Below, piece after piece: positions 1-13,900 of a stretch of DNA of 64,000 bases. The translations under genes and the position numbers were made by a program. The notes beneath the pieces were generated by a model, which did no database searches, was not told the origin of the DNA, and was given only the letters and a program-made list of their open reading frames with translations. Within the stretch, counting starts at the first letter, position 1, and each line of letters begins with the position of its first letter. Source of the DNA: an uncultured bacterium (GTDB lineage Bacteria > Omnitrophota > Omnitrophia > Omnitrophales > Aquincolibacteriaceae); the NCBI GenBank assembly GCA_964482725.1, contig CAYZYT010000002.1, forward strand, positions 5,591 through 69,590, given 5' to 3'.

Positions 1-3000
1 TTTTTACAGATCGGTAACAGACGGAAAAGATCCGACGTATCAGTGGACTAATCCCGTCAATTCCGACGAAAGTTGGAGCCTTGGGATCAATCGTCATGTT
101 CCCACGGGGGACGCCGGAACCCCGATCGGCCTGGAGGCGACTTTCTCGCACAATGTTCGCGTGACATCTTCCGAGGTGGCGACTGAGATCAATACGATCC
201 TGGATCCTCTCAAGAAGGCGGAGGCCGCTGCGGCTCTCGTTGCGGGGGCGGCGTTCTATCTGGCCCAAGCCGGTCTGGATGACGGTGTCTATCAGTGGTC
301 CAATAAAGCGAATCCCAGCATCAGTTACACCGTGACGATCAATGACCACGTGCCGACGGGAGAACCGGATGCGAACGGGAATTACGATCCAGCAAAATAC
401 AAAACCGAAACGATCTTTAATGTCAATACCCGGGTCAGCTTCCAGCAGATGCTCGGAGAGATTCCTCAGATCGCGGATGCGACGAAACGCGGCGAAGCAT
501 ATCTGTCGCTCTTTGATGCGGATGCCTTCTACCGGTCTAAAGCAGGGAACGATGATCCGAGTTATCAGTGGTCAAGCAATAAGGACCTGAACGCCAGTTT
601 TACGCTCGCGGTCAACCCGAGGCTTGGGATCACGTCCTTTAGCCGCTCGAAACGGGTGAGCAAAGAACAAGTCGCCGTTGAAATTGCCGTCATGAGCAGC
701 AACTATGATTCGGACAAGGCTGCGCTCCAGGCCAAGATCAATGCGCTTCCGGCGAATGACCCGAAGACTGCCGCGCTCACCGCGGACCTGGCCACACTCA
801 AGGCTGAATATGAGGCTAAGCTGAACCGGATCAATACCGCGCTCGCGGATGGGAAGAACTTCTACAAATCGCAGGCCGGGAATGACGAGCCGTCGTATCA
901 GTGGTCGAGCCTCGCGAACAAGAATGTGAATTACACTCTTTCCGTAAATAGCAAGATCCCGGTCGGGGAAGTCCGTCAGGACGGGACCTATGCAAGTTAC
1001 CGGACGGAGCTGACGTTCTCAAAGAGCGAACGTGCAAGTCTGGATGACGCGAAGCTTCAGGCGGGTCTGATCCGGGATGCCAAAGACCGGGATGATGAAG
1101 CGCTTAAACTCTTGAATGATCAGGGCAATCTTGGCCTCCCGGTCTATCGGACTCTTACGGACGGGGAATCCGTGTCGGATTATCAGGACTACACGTATCA
1201 GTTCTCGGATCTCAATAATCCCGACAAGAGCTACACGATGGCGGTCAATTCGTTCGCGATCGGTGGGAAAGAAGCGATGTGGAACGTGAGTCAGCGAGTG
1301 AAACCGGCCGATGTGGAAAAATATATTGCCGACAGCTGGTTCGCGGGCGACGCGAACGATCCGAAGCTTCAGGCTGCGCTGGCGGCATTCGCGAACGGCG
1401 AAGCGTTCTATCTTTCTTACGCTGGTGAAAATGATAATAAGAATTTTCAATGGACCAGCAAGACGAATCCTAACGTCAGTTATACCCTGAATGTGAAGGA
1501 TAAGCCGAATCCTGTGACCGGGATCAACTGGCATGAAGCAACGTTTACGCAAAGCAGTCGTGTGAGTCGCGAAGATGTTATGAAACGTTATGATTATTTG
1601 AAAAACACCGGGGACAGCCGCTACACAAACCTGGAAGCGGCCCTTAGGGACGCGGACGGGGTTCTGGGGGTCGGGATCTTCTATAAGTCTCAGGCCGGGA
1701 CGGATGATCCGAGTTTCTCCTGGTCCAGCCGCTCGAATCGGAACTTGAATTACAGCCTGTCCGTTAATACCAAGGTGGGTGTTGGGATCGCGGTGAATGG
1801 AGTTTACCCCAGCTACAGAACCGAGGTAACGTTCTCGCGCAACGAGCGGGTGACCCTTGCTGAGGCGCGCAATCAACTGGCTCTGATCGGCGACCTTTCG
1901 GATCGCCAGGAGGCCTCCGATGCAATGGATCAAAGCGGGGTTTCGATCTACAGATCCTTGACGGATGGGGAATCCGCCACGGATTTCCTGGATCCGACCT
2001 ATCAATTTGCCGACATGTTGAATCCGGATAAGAACTATTCGATCTCGATCAAGAGCGGGATTCCTTCGGGCATTCCGGTGAATGGGGTTTATCCGTCGAC
2101 AAGGACAGAAGCGACGTGGAATGTGAGCGAGCGGATCGCTCGTGAGCAGGTGGAACAGCACTTGAACGCCACCTGGATATCGGATCCCGATAAGCTGGCG
2201 GATGCCCAAACGGCATGGCTCGACGGTGAGACTTTCTACATGTCCTATGGCGGACAGAATGACAATGTGACGTATCAGTGGACCAGCCGTGCGAACCAGA
2301 ATATAAGCTGCAGTCTCCTTGTGAAAGATAAGGCGAATACGGTCACCGGCGTGAACTGGCATGAAGCGACTTTCAATCGCAATCAGCGCGTTAGTAAGGA
2401 AGAGGTTGAGGCCGGGGTTGCGAGCTTGACCACGAATTACAATGCCGAAAAGAGCCTTCTCGAAACAAAGATCTCTGAGACTACCGGAGCCGCGAAAGCA
2501 GCGCTAGAACAGGAACTCACGGCGCTTGAGTCCGACTATGGCAAGCGGAAGGACGCGATCGATAACGGCCTTTCGGACGGCAGGCTTTTCTACCGATCCC
2601 AGTCTGGCAAGGACGAACCTTCGTTTCAGTGGTCGAGTGAGACGGACCGGAACCAAAGCTACAGTCTTTCTCTCAATGCAAAAGTTCCCGTGGGTGTAAA
2701 GAATCAGGCCGGAGCGTACACCTCCTTTAGGACCGAAGTGACGTTCACCACGAATGCCCGGGTTAGCACGGAACAAGCGGTTGCGCAGGCGCAACAGATC
2801 GGCGACCTTCCCGATCGCGCGGAAGCTTTTGCGGCGCTGGGTTGGGATGCGGTCGCTCAGAAATTGACGCTCAACGGGATTGCGGTTTACCGCGCGATCT
2901 CGGATGGCGAATCTCGGTTGGACGGGATCGATCCCACCTATCAATTTGCGGATGCCGTCAATCCGGACAAGAGTTATTCCATGAGCGTGAAGAGCGGATT

Positions 3001-4920
3001 GCCACAAGGAAATCCTCCGGCGAATACGCTTTCCGAAACGATGTGGAATGTCAGCGAGCGGATCAGCCGTATTCAAGTGGAACAACATGTGACGGCGACC
3101 TGGGTGGCAGATGCCGCGAAGCTTGCCGACGCGCTTGAAGCTCTGGCTTCGGGCGATATGTTCTACATGTCTTACGGCGGCAAGAACGATAACGTCACTT
3201 ATCAGTGGACGGACCGTGCGAATTCTAATGTCAGTTTTAGCCTCCAGGTCAAGGAATCCTGGCACGAAGCGACTTTCAACCGGAGCGAACGGGTGACGCT
3301 TGAGACCGTGGAGGCAGAGCTCAGTCGTCTGGCCCCATCGGACAGCCGGTACGCGAAGCTTGTTGCGAATCTGGCCGATGGACGGATTTTCTATAAGTCT
3401 CAGGCCGGAACGGATCAACCGGGCTACCAGTGGGCGAGCGAAGCGAGCCGGAACAAGAGCTATGGTCTCTCGCTTGCGGTCGTCAACGGCGGAATCCAGC
3501 TTACGGTTTCCACAAGCGAGCGCATGAGCCTTGCTTTCATAAAAGCGCAGACCCCGCTTATTAAGAATGTGAATGACAAAAAGGATATCGATGATGTCCT
3601 GAACATTTCAGGCGTGGTGGTCAACCGGTCTATTTCGGACGGAGAGTCCTCAACGGACGGCAATCCCGCCAACCCGACGTATACCTTTTCAGATCCCACG
3701 AACGCGGACAGGAATTTTTCAATCGGAGTCAACAGTACGGCCGTCGATGGTCCGGAGGCCACGATCAACATCACAACCCGCCTCAGCCGCCTCCAGGTCG
3801 AGCAACATATAAAAACAGATGCGAATGGCGCGTGGATCCAGGATCCCAAGAAATTAGCGGACGCGGTCGTCGCCCTCGCGGATGGCGATTTATTCTACAT
3901 GTCCCAATCCGGTATGGATGAAAAGACCGTTCAATATCAATGGTCTAGCATGAGCGATTCCGATAAGAGTTACAGCCTGCAAGTTCGGGACGATTGGCAT
4001 CAATCCCTTTTTAGCCGGACCGTCCGGGTCCTGATCTCGGAACTGAATGCCCAGCTTACCGCGCTCATCGCGGCCTATGACGTCCGTCGCTTGGAGATCC
4101 AGAACGATCCGCAGGTTACGGATAAGGCCGGAACCTTGAAATTGCTGGATGATCATTACACGGCTCAAAAAAACCAGTTTGAAGCCGCCATCACGAACGG
4201 GGAAATGGTCTACAAGACTCAGGCCGGAAGCGATGACCCATCGTACCAATGGTCGAACAAGGCGGATCGCAACATCAGCTACAGTCTTTCGATCAATTCG
4301 CATGTGCCGGTGGGGATCAAGCGGAACGATGGAACGTATCCTTCGTATCGCACGGAATTTACAGTCACGGTCTCCGAACGCATCAGCATCACAGTGTTGA
4401 AGGATCAAGACCCCGCAACAGCGGATCCTTACAGTTTGATCATGGACCCGAACCAGTTGGAGCCCGCCAGTGCCGCGATCGCCGAGCAAGGGGTCATGCT
4501 TTATAGGGCCGTAACGGACGGGAAGATCACCGATCCTGTTTATCAATGGACGAGTTCACTCAAGAGCGATGTGAGCTACAGCATTTCCTACGACCATCGT
4601 ATGCCGACCGGGACCGCGGGCGCGGTGATGACGATCGCTAATTTCACACGGGTGGAGAAGGTAAGTCGCGCGACCCTGCTCGGCCTTCTTGATAAGGTCA
4701 AGAATCCCACCGAGCATGCGAACGCCTTGGGAGCGATCGCGGACGGCGAGAGTTTTGCGTTCTCCCAGCGGGGCACCGACAATCCGAACTATTCCTGGTC
4801 TAGCTTTTCGGATCCGCTTGTGAACTATTCCATCACGCTCGATACCCGCGCGGTGCGCACATCCGAAGCGACGTTCAAGAAAACGACCCGCTTGAGTCAG
4901 GAAGAACTCGAGGCCTTGAC
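1..4920 (+). repeat. Protein-level tripartite beta-rich repeat array, about 5 super-units of roughly 810-910 nt (about 270-300 aa), each with three sub-modules. A: FYKSQAGxDDPSYQWSS…NYSLSVNxKVPVG…SYRTEVTFS. B: VYRSLTDGESxxD…PTYQFAD…NPDKSYSxSVKS. C: FYMSYGGxNDNVTYQWTxRAN…SLxVKD…WHEATFNRxxRVS.
   Basis: Recurrent motifs read directly from the translation. Type A units begin near nt 841, 1650, 2560 and 3370. Units are divergent at nucleotide level. Confidence 0.8.
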
Positions 4921-7900
4921 AAGCCCGGAGACAATCGTGACGGCGCCTGCGGGCGTGACAGACGACCGCTTTAGCACCACTCAAAGTATCCGCGACCTGC
5001 TCCTCGGAAATCTTACGACTCAGCCTGCTTGGAAGGATGCGCAGGTGCAGATGATCGAAGGTATGGGCACCGACGGCACGCTTTCCTGGACCGGTTATGC
5101 GATCACTTCCGCAGACGGTAAAACGACCCGGATGATGGTCCTGAGCCTTGAAGTGGATGCGAACGGGAACTATGTTGACCTCGAGCCCGCGACGACCGCG
5201 ATCGACCGGATCCAATATATTGAAACGGTTTCGGTGGCCGCAGAGGACGTCGTGACTCCCGGCGGGAAAACAGCGCAGCAGGTGTTCGGGGCTCATGGGG
5301 TGACCGGGGGATGGCCTATTTCACATGTGAAGCTCTCTCTGGACTCTTTCGCGAACGCTCAGAGGACGCTCATGAGCGATTTTTACGATCTCGCCGGTTA
5401 TGATTCGAAGGAAGTCCGTATCGCGATCCTTGGCGTTTATGCAGATCCTGAGCAGCCCCAATTCATCACTGAAGTCGATTCGGCGGAAGTCCTTGAGTCC
5501 GTGAAGCTTATTCGCGATGAGGCGATGCGTCTTGCCGCGCAAGCGGCGGTCGCCGATCCTCTGGCCGTCTTCTATAAAATGGAAAGCGACGGGAAGAAGG
5601 CGACGTATCAGTGGACGAATTCTCAGAACTCGAACGTTTCCTATTCGATCTCGGTCGATCTCGATATACCCATCGGCGATGAAGGCTTTTTTACCCAGGA
5701 GGCGAATTTCAGTACGACGACCCGGATCAGTCGCGAAATGATCGTCCAGGTCTATAACGAACAGCTTGCGCTCGTGATGCTCTCTGTGATGGATGAAACG
5801 CTTCGGGTTGCTTTGACGGCTTCGGGGGTCGATACCCTGGCGGAATTCCAGGCGCTTGTCGCGGCCTCGACGACGTTACCGGCGGAGGTCAAAGAAGCAG
5901 TCGCTCAGTGGACAAATTCGAGCCCCGAGGATATTGCCGCATTCCAGTCTGTCCAACAGGACCTCGCGGATCCTACCCTGAAGAGTGAGGCTCTTTCGGG
6001 GGTTGCGACGATCTCCCCGGAAGAATTACAAATGTTCATGGATGCTCTGCGGCAGAGTACGAATCCTGCTACAAGCTTTAACAAGACGGTGACGTTGGAT
6101 ACCCTGGCAAGTGTAGATCCGACCAAGAACATCGAAGAAATTATTCAGTATGCGTGGACGGACCTTGATGGACTTCTTTCTTTCTCCTTGGGCTACAACA
6201 ATACTGCGATCGTCGGGGACGACGGAGAAGTTGCTTATGAACGGGAAGCGAGTTTCTCAGTGTCGCAAAAATTCGCTCAACTCACCGAGGCTTATCTCGC
6301 GCAGCTTTGTCTTGTTCCTTATATCGCATCTTCCATCCAAGCCCTGCAGGACGCAAACAAGGATCCCAAAGTGACACTGGCGGGGCTCCAGGCAGCTACG
6401 AACCTTGCAGCCTTCAAGTCGTTGATTGCCGCGTCCGATCTCGGCCAGGATATCAAGAGTGCGGCGGCAGGGCTGGACGAAACGAACTGGTCGCAGATCC
6501 AGCAAGATCTTGCTGAACCCCGGAATGTCACGACGCTGAACCCCAATATCTACAACGATTTCCGTGCCGCGCTTGTGGGCACGGATGAATATACGATCTT
6601 TACCATGACTCGGACCAAAGACGGTTTTAGTTATAGCTGGGAATCCAAGAACACGGCCGGTGTGATGATGAACCACACTCTCCGACAGACGATCGCACAG
6701 TGGGCGGTGGGCCAGGACATCGACGGCAACGATATCTATGCGGAAAATGAGGCCTGGGGTTTTGAGTCGGAACGGAAGGCCTCGGCGGCGGAAGTCTCCG
6801 AAAAAGACATGGTTCTCACCGAGGACAAACGGCAGCAGTACCGGGAGGCTCTCAGTAGCGTGGATACGGCGACTGATTTTACGATGACGAAGATCGGCCG
6901 CGATGTTAACTACAGTTGGGTGAGTGCCGACCGTTCCAAGGTTTTCACGCTCACCAAGACCTTCGCGAAGGTGACGGGTCAGGAGAATGTCGTCGGGCGC
7001 TGGGATTTCAACACGCAGATGCGGGTTCGCCGCAGTGTGGTCGAAAAGGCTGCCGCGAATCTTCCGCCCGGAGTTGAGAAGAATCAATATCTGGCGGCGA
7101 TCGCCGATTCGGTCAGCTGGACCAAATATACGATGGCGATCAGCGGGAATGACGTCAATTACAAATGGACCGGCCGTAATGGCGCCCGGACGTACAGCTT
7201 GACGGACAACAAATCCGCGAAGGAATTTGTGGAGAACGGTCAAACCGTTCATAAGCTTGGGGACAAATGGAATTTTTCGGTCATGGACCGGGTTGCGGCG
7301 TCTTATGTGGAGGATTTCGCGAATAGCCTTGAAGATCTTGTGCAGCGGCTGAATTATCAGAATGCTCTCAAGGATACGGATCAATCGACGGTTTACAACC
7401 GGACCTTGAGCGGGGATCTCACGACCTATCGGTGGAACGGCCTGGACGATGCGACGACGTACATCCTGGGTGCTTCAAGGCAATATACGCTGATCCCCGA
7501 TACGAATCCGGACAATACGGTGAAGATGCAAGACGGCAAAGTGGTCTATAAGACGGATAGCCACGGAAACTATCTTTATGCGACGGATGTGAACGGACAA
7601 GCGCCGTTGAAATGGTACTTCCGCTCCGAGATCCTTGTCGTGAAGGACGCGGTGGATGATTATTTTTCCAGTCTCGAAGGTTCCGAACAGCGGCGCCGGT
7701 ATCAGAGCGCGCTCGACCAGTGCAACGACGCGACTTCCTTCACGAAAAGCGTGACCGGAGATGAGGTTTCCTACTCTTGGTCGACCTATGGCATGACGAA
7801 AGATTCGTCAGGGAAGGATGTCTGGGCGCAGATCGCGAGCCACAATCTCGGTATGACCCTGGAATCGGTCGAGGGCTTGACTTCCAGGGCCGAGACATGG

Positions 7901-10900
7901 CGTTTCCGTTCCGAAATGAACGTGGATATCAGCGTTCTGCGTTCCCAGATGCAATACTTAAGTGATGATGCCGCAGCGGCACTAAAAACCGTGCTCGACA
8001 AGCTGGATCTTGAGGATGTGAATCACGGCGTTTCGATCACGAAAAGCATCTCCGGAATGGAGGATAGCTACTCCTGGCAGAGTTTCGACCGCGTGATCAA
8101 TTACACCCTTAGCGCCACGAGGATCAGCAATTCGGTGCTCGGGGCTCGCTGGAGTTTTAACGCGCAGGTGACCGTTTCGAAGGAAGCCGTGCAAGGATTC
8201 CTGAATCTGTTGGATCCGGAATACCGTACCGCCTACAGCGCGGCGCTCACCGACGTGTGCTCTCCGGGCGATTCCGGTTGTGAACTGACGACCTACGCCA
8301 TGAGCACTTCGGGGGAAGACGTCAGCTTCAGTTGGCGTTCCAAGGATGGGTCCAAGGCTTATTCTCTCAATCGCACGATCGAGCGAACCCTCAAGTCTGA
8401 AACCAAGAACCCGACGACCGGCGTGATGACGCGGGAATATAACGAACAGCCGAAATACGGTTTTTCAACCAACGTGCGGGTGGTTCGCGATCAGGCGGTC
8501 GGGCAGGCGGTCGGGTATGTGAATTCCCTCGAGACGGATGCGATCAAGGACCAGTACTTGGATGCCCTCGATCTCCCGATGCCGGCCGGCGTGACGGATA
8601 CGACGGATAGCGTGGATGCGACGACGGTCTATACCAAGATTTTGAGCGGGGGAGCGACGAGCTTTAGCTGGGGTGATCTGGATGGTGTGACCACGCACCG
8701 CCTCGGCAATTCTAAACAGAAGATCTATGATCCCGAAACGGAGGTCGTGGCGGGCATCGAGCGTGTTCTTCGCGACACCGACGGTGAGGTTCTCTATAAA
8801 ACAACTTATACGGATGTCTGGAAATGGGGATTCAGTTCCGAGTCTCTGGTCCTTCGCAATGAAGTGGAGGGGCGTACGGCGCTACTTGAGACGAAGGAAC
8901 TTCGCGATCAATACGATGCGATCTTATCGGAAACTCCGGCGACGACCGCTTTCACGAGGACGACCTCCGGGGAAGATATTAGTTATTCTTGGCAGAGTAA
9001 AGATAAAGCCCGCACCTTCTCGCTCGGGAAATCGCTTGTGAAAGTCGAGACCGGAAAAGACATCCACGGAAAACCCGTTTACGGCCAGGTCGCGGCCCGT
9101 TGGTCGTTCTCGGAACAGGTGGCAGTTCTGAAGGACGCGGTTCAGGCCAATCTTTTGCTTCTGACGGATGCGGATCAGATTCTTGCGTTCCGGGACGCGC
9201 TTGATCTGAAAGCCGATGGAACGGAGGACAATACCACGGATGATGTGGACGGTTTTACTACGTACACGCGTTCCACGAGCGGTGCCGACACGAGCTATAC
9301 ATGGAAATCATCCGACGAAGCGCGTAATTATTCGCTCTCCTCGGAGGGAATTCGCAATGATCAGGGCGCGGTGGTCAGCGCTAAAGGGTCCTTCAGTATC
9401 CAGGCGCAGGTGAAAAAGGTGGAAGTGTCCAATCTTGCGACCGAAATGGATGCGGAATATCGCATCCCCTATTTGGATGCGCTTGACCTTAAAACGGACG
9501 GCACGCCGGACGAAAGCTCTGATGATGTGAATGACGCCACGGTGTATACGAAAACGATCACCGGGAAAGATCTGAACTACAGCTGGAAATCCGTGAGCGG
9601 TGGAAAGACCTATTCACTCACGCAGGCCATGGAGAAGGTTTATGTCGCGGACACGAATCCGGACGGGTCCGTAAAATATCAGAACGGAGAAGTGGTTTAC
9701 AAAACGCATGCCGAACAACAGAACGGACAGCCGGTGACCGTTCTTGATTACACCGAGGCTCTCAAGTGGACGTTCGGCGAGCAGTCGCTGGTTTTGAAGA
9801 GCGAAGTGGCTTCTCATCTGAATGATCTTGAGACGCTGGAGCTCCGGGGGCAATTCGATCTTGCTTTGAAAGATACGGATGCGGCAACGGTTTTTACCCG
9901 GGCCACGAGTGGGAACAGTGTTGTGTACAGCTGGAAATCGGTGAGCGGCGGGAAGACTTACAGTATCGCAAAAGAGAGTGTGAGGGTTCTCGCGACCGAA
10001 ACGGTGGCGGGACGGACGTTTACGGATCTCGAGAAATGGTCCTTCAGCGAACAAGTTTATGTCCAGATCGCAGAAGTGAACAGTCATGTTAGCCAACTCG
10101 CCACGGCGGAACTCCGAGCCCAATACCAGGCCGCGCTTTCGGATATTCTCGCCGGGACATATTTCACGCGCGTAACGAGTGGTGCGGATATCAGCTATAG
10201 CTGGAAATCGAAGGATGGGGTCAAGGCCTATGCTCTTTCTGAGGAACGCGTGATCGTGACGCCGCCCGGGGTGGTCCAGGTTCCTGCAACCGGAACGACT
10301 CCGGCCTCGACGCAGATCACGTCCCCTGTTTATTCTGACGTGAGCGCAAAATGGAGTTTCACGGCCCAGTTCCGTGTCCAGCGCGCCGAAGTCGCGGGCC
10401 ATGGAAATGATCTTGAAGCCGAGTACCGGACACAGTATTTAGACGCTTTGCCGCCGGAGGATGATCTCGAAACTGAATTTTCGAAGACCGTCAGCGGTAG
10501 CGACGTTAGCTACACCTGGAGAAGTCCGGATAAATCCGCGACCTATTCGGTCAATCGTTCTGCTGAGAAGGTCTATGTGCCGGACACGAATGGGGATGGC
10601 ACGTTGAAGATGCAGGACGGGAAGGTGGTCTATAAGCAGGATCCTAACGATGCGACGAAATTATTGACGGAGACCGTGACTCGGTGGGCTTTCAGTGAAC
10701 AGATCCTTGTTCCAAAATCCTTGGTTTCCAGTCTTGTGCCAAATTTGGAAACGGCCATCACGCGTGCCCAAGCGAATGCGGCGCTTACCGGAGTGGACGG
10801 CGTTGCGGCATTTGTCCGCACGGTGAGTGGTAAGACCACGAACTTTAGTTGGAAATCCTTGTCGGGAGGCAAAACCTTCGGGCTGAGCTATAGCGCGACC

Positions 10901-13900
10901 CACGTGATGACTGCGGAGTTGCCGGCGGCTTACAGCGATAGTCGGAAGTGGAGCTTCAGCGAACAATCTCTTGCGCTCAGGTCCGATGTGACGGCGCAGG
11001 CATCCCATATTCCCGCGGATCAGCAGCAACAATATGCCGATGGGTTGTCGGCGGCAGAAGTGGATGCTTCGACTTGTTTCACTAAGACCCTAAGCGGCAC
11101 GGACATCAGCTACAGCTGGCGTTCTCTCGGTGGCGTAAAGTCTTACACGCTCGGGATCGAGCAGCTGAAGAACGCGGCGGGGACCGTGCTAACACCCGCG
11201 AAATGGGCTATGAGCGTTCAGACACGTGTGCAAAAAATCGAAGTGGAGAAGCACGCCGCTGAAATGGAAAGTCAGTATGGCGTACCCTATCTGGATGCGC
11301 TCGATCTGAAAGCTGACGGGACCCCTGACGAAACGACGGACGATGTGGATGGTACGACCGTTTACACGAAAAGCGAGAGCGGGACCGATGTGACCTATAG
11401 CTGGAAGAATCTGGATGAGACGGCGACCTACACCTTAAGCCGCAGTCGTCTCATGCTCTCGGATACGAACGGCAATCTGGTGGCGGGCACGCCTCAATAC
11501 AAGTGGACTTTTTCGCGGCAAGTTCAGGTCACAAAAGTGTTAGCGGCCGCCCATGCGGCAAAGATCGAGAACACGGCGGTGAGAGCCCAATACAACGAGG
11601 CCTTGGCCCAGGATACGGATACCGCGACGGATTACACGATGAGTACGAGCGGTGCGGACAAGAGTTTTTCATGGAAATCAAAAGCCGGCGGTAGCACTTA
11701 TTCGCTTTCGATGACGATGACCCCCACGCAGCTTGCGAACGGGAATTGGGCAACACGGCCCAAATGGCAGTTCTTAGCTTCCTCGCTGGTGCTTCTCTCG
11801 GACGTGGAGAATCTTGCGAGCAATTTCGAGTTTCCCGAACAGCAGGTCCAATACGAGGCTTCCCTGAGCCATGATCCCGTAAACGGACGGACGGATGATT
11901 CGACAGCGTATACAAAGACCGTGAGCGGGAATGAGACCTCCTACAGTTGGAAAGACAAGAACGGCGTTACGACGTATACAGCTTCAAAGTCTTTGACGGT
12001 GACTTCGGGAGCCACCCGCTGGAATTTTTCGGCATCGGCTCTGGTTTTGCAGACTGAGATCCAAACGCACCGCGCTGATCTGAACGACCCTGAGGAGCTC
12101 GCGGATTTTGACGCGGCGGTGACGGATGTTGGCGGCTTCACGGAATTCACCCGTACCACCAGCGGAAAAGATGTTTCTTATTCCTGGAAAGGATTGGAGG
12201 ATAAGAAGCTTTATTCTCTCGGACGAAGTGTCGTGTGGGAAAAGCAGGCGTCTACCTATGTGAAACTGACCGGTGATGTGACCGATGCGAAGGGCGATGT
12301 TTATCACGCGATCTTCAAAAGCAGTTTCAGCACGCAGATCTACGTAACATTGAGTGAGCTGACGGATCGTGTGGCTCGTTTGATCGATCCGGATCAGGTC
12401 GCTCAGGCGGAACCCGCGCTGTCCGCAGTGACTGACGGATTGACCGAGATCGTGAAGACGACCTCCCAGGCAGGCTCGGAGGTTTCCTATAGCTGGAAGA
12501 GCGGGAGCGGTGACGTGGCGTATACCCTGACGTTCGGAAAGCAGTGGGAGAAACAAGCCTCGACTTATGTTCCTGTCTTAGGCGATATCACCGACGCAAA
12601 GGGGAATGTCTACCACGCTCTGAATAAATGGAGTTTTAGCGAACAGACCCTGGTTCTCAAAAGTGAAGTTGAGGGCCATGTAGACGACCTTGAGCTCGCG
12701 CAGCAGGGCCAGTACACGGACGCTCTGAAATCGCCGGCAGTCAGCAATGCCACGGCCTATAACAAAACGACGAGCGGTATCGATGTTAACTATAGCTGGC
12801 AATCAACCGACAAGATTTCAGCCTATACGTTCGGGTATGGGCGAGTGTGGGAGGCGTCGAGCGCTACGGCCGGGGACTGGGTCTATAAGTGGAACTTTTC
12901 GTCGCAGGTCCGTGTCGCGAAAAATGCGGTGCCGGCGACCGTGAAGGGTCTGGCGCCCGAGGAGCAAGCGGCGCTTACGGCGGCATTGAACGAACCTGAT
13001 CCGCAGGGTCTTATCGTTTATACGCTCTCGTTGAGCGGGACTGACAGGACGTACAACTGGCAGTCGGCGGATAAGACGATGAGTTATGCGATTACGGATG
13101 TTGAAATTTGGCAGGCGGATCCGGCGAAGGCGAACGGCGGGGATTGGATCCGGAAGTGGAGTTTTACGTCGCAAGTTCGGGTGGCGAAAGGGGGGGTGCC
13201 GGCGACGGTTGCGGGATTAACGGTCGCGGAACAGACAGCGCTCACGAATGCTTTGAGTGAATCCGATCCAAGCGGTCTTATCGCCTACACGATGACGACC
13301 AGCGGGAATGACGTCAATTATACCTGGCAGTCGTTGAACAAGCATGTGAATTACACACTCTCGGATCAGCAGGTCTGGCAGGAAACGAATGCTACAACGC
13401 ATGTCGGGGAATGGATCCGGAAAATGAGTTTTTCATCGCAGGTGCGCGTAAGTTGGGGGTATCTGGATTCGATCCGTGATGCGAATTATCTGAAGATGAC
13501 GCTTGCGGAACAGAGGGCGATCGATCAGGCGCTCGGGACGGTGGATCCTGAAAATGCCTGGCGGGTTTACACGATCTCCGAAAGTGGTAATGACAAGAGT
13601 TACAGTTGGCAATCGGCGGACAAGAAGATCAATTACACGTTCTCGGACCAGGAGGCGTGGCAGGCGGATCCGGCGAAGACGAACGGCGGGGATTGGGTGC
13701 GGAAACTGAGCTTTACATCCCAAGTGCGAGTGGCAAAGAGCGTGGTGCCTGCGACGGTCGCAGGATTAACGGTCGCGGAACAGACCGCGCTCACGAATGC
13801 TCTGAGTGAATCCGATCCAAACGGTCTTATCGCCTATACGAAGACGACCAGCGGAAATGACATCAGCTATACCTGGCAGAATAAGGACAGGAAGATCAGT

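Noticed and set aside
161-163. ORF-track start codon at 161 as the gene start
   Set aside because: The codon is GTG (Val) within a frame that is open from nt 2 and continues the same repeat motif, so the real start lies upstream of the window.
1019-2362. Long antisense and alternate-frame ORFs inside the giant gene: 1019-2362 (-), 6257-7384 (-), 22901-24376 (-), 31838-32959 (-), 43124-44437 (-), 56093-57247 (-), plus many 60-200 aa ORFs in the track.
   Set aside because: They overlap a continuous 60-kb sense frame with clear protein-domain grammar. Their translations are Arg/Pro/Gly-rich low-complexity strings typical of antisense reading of coding DNA.
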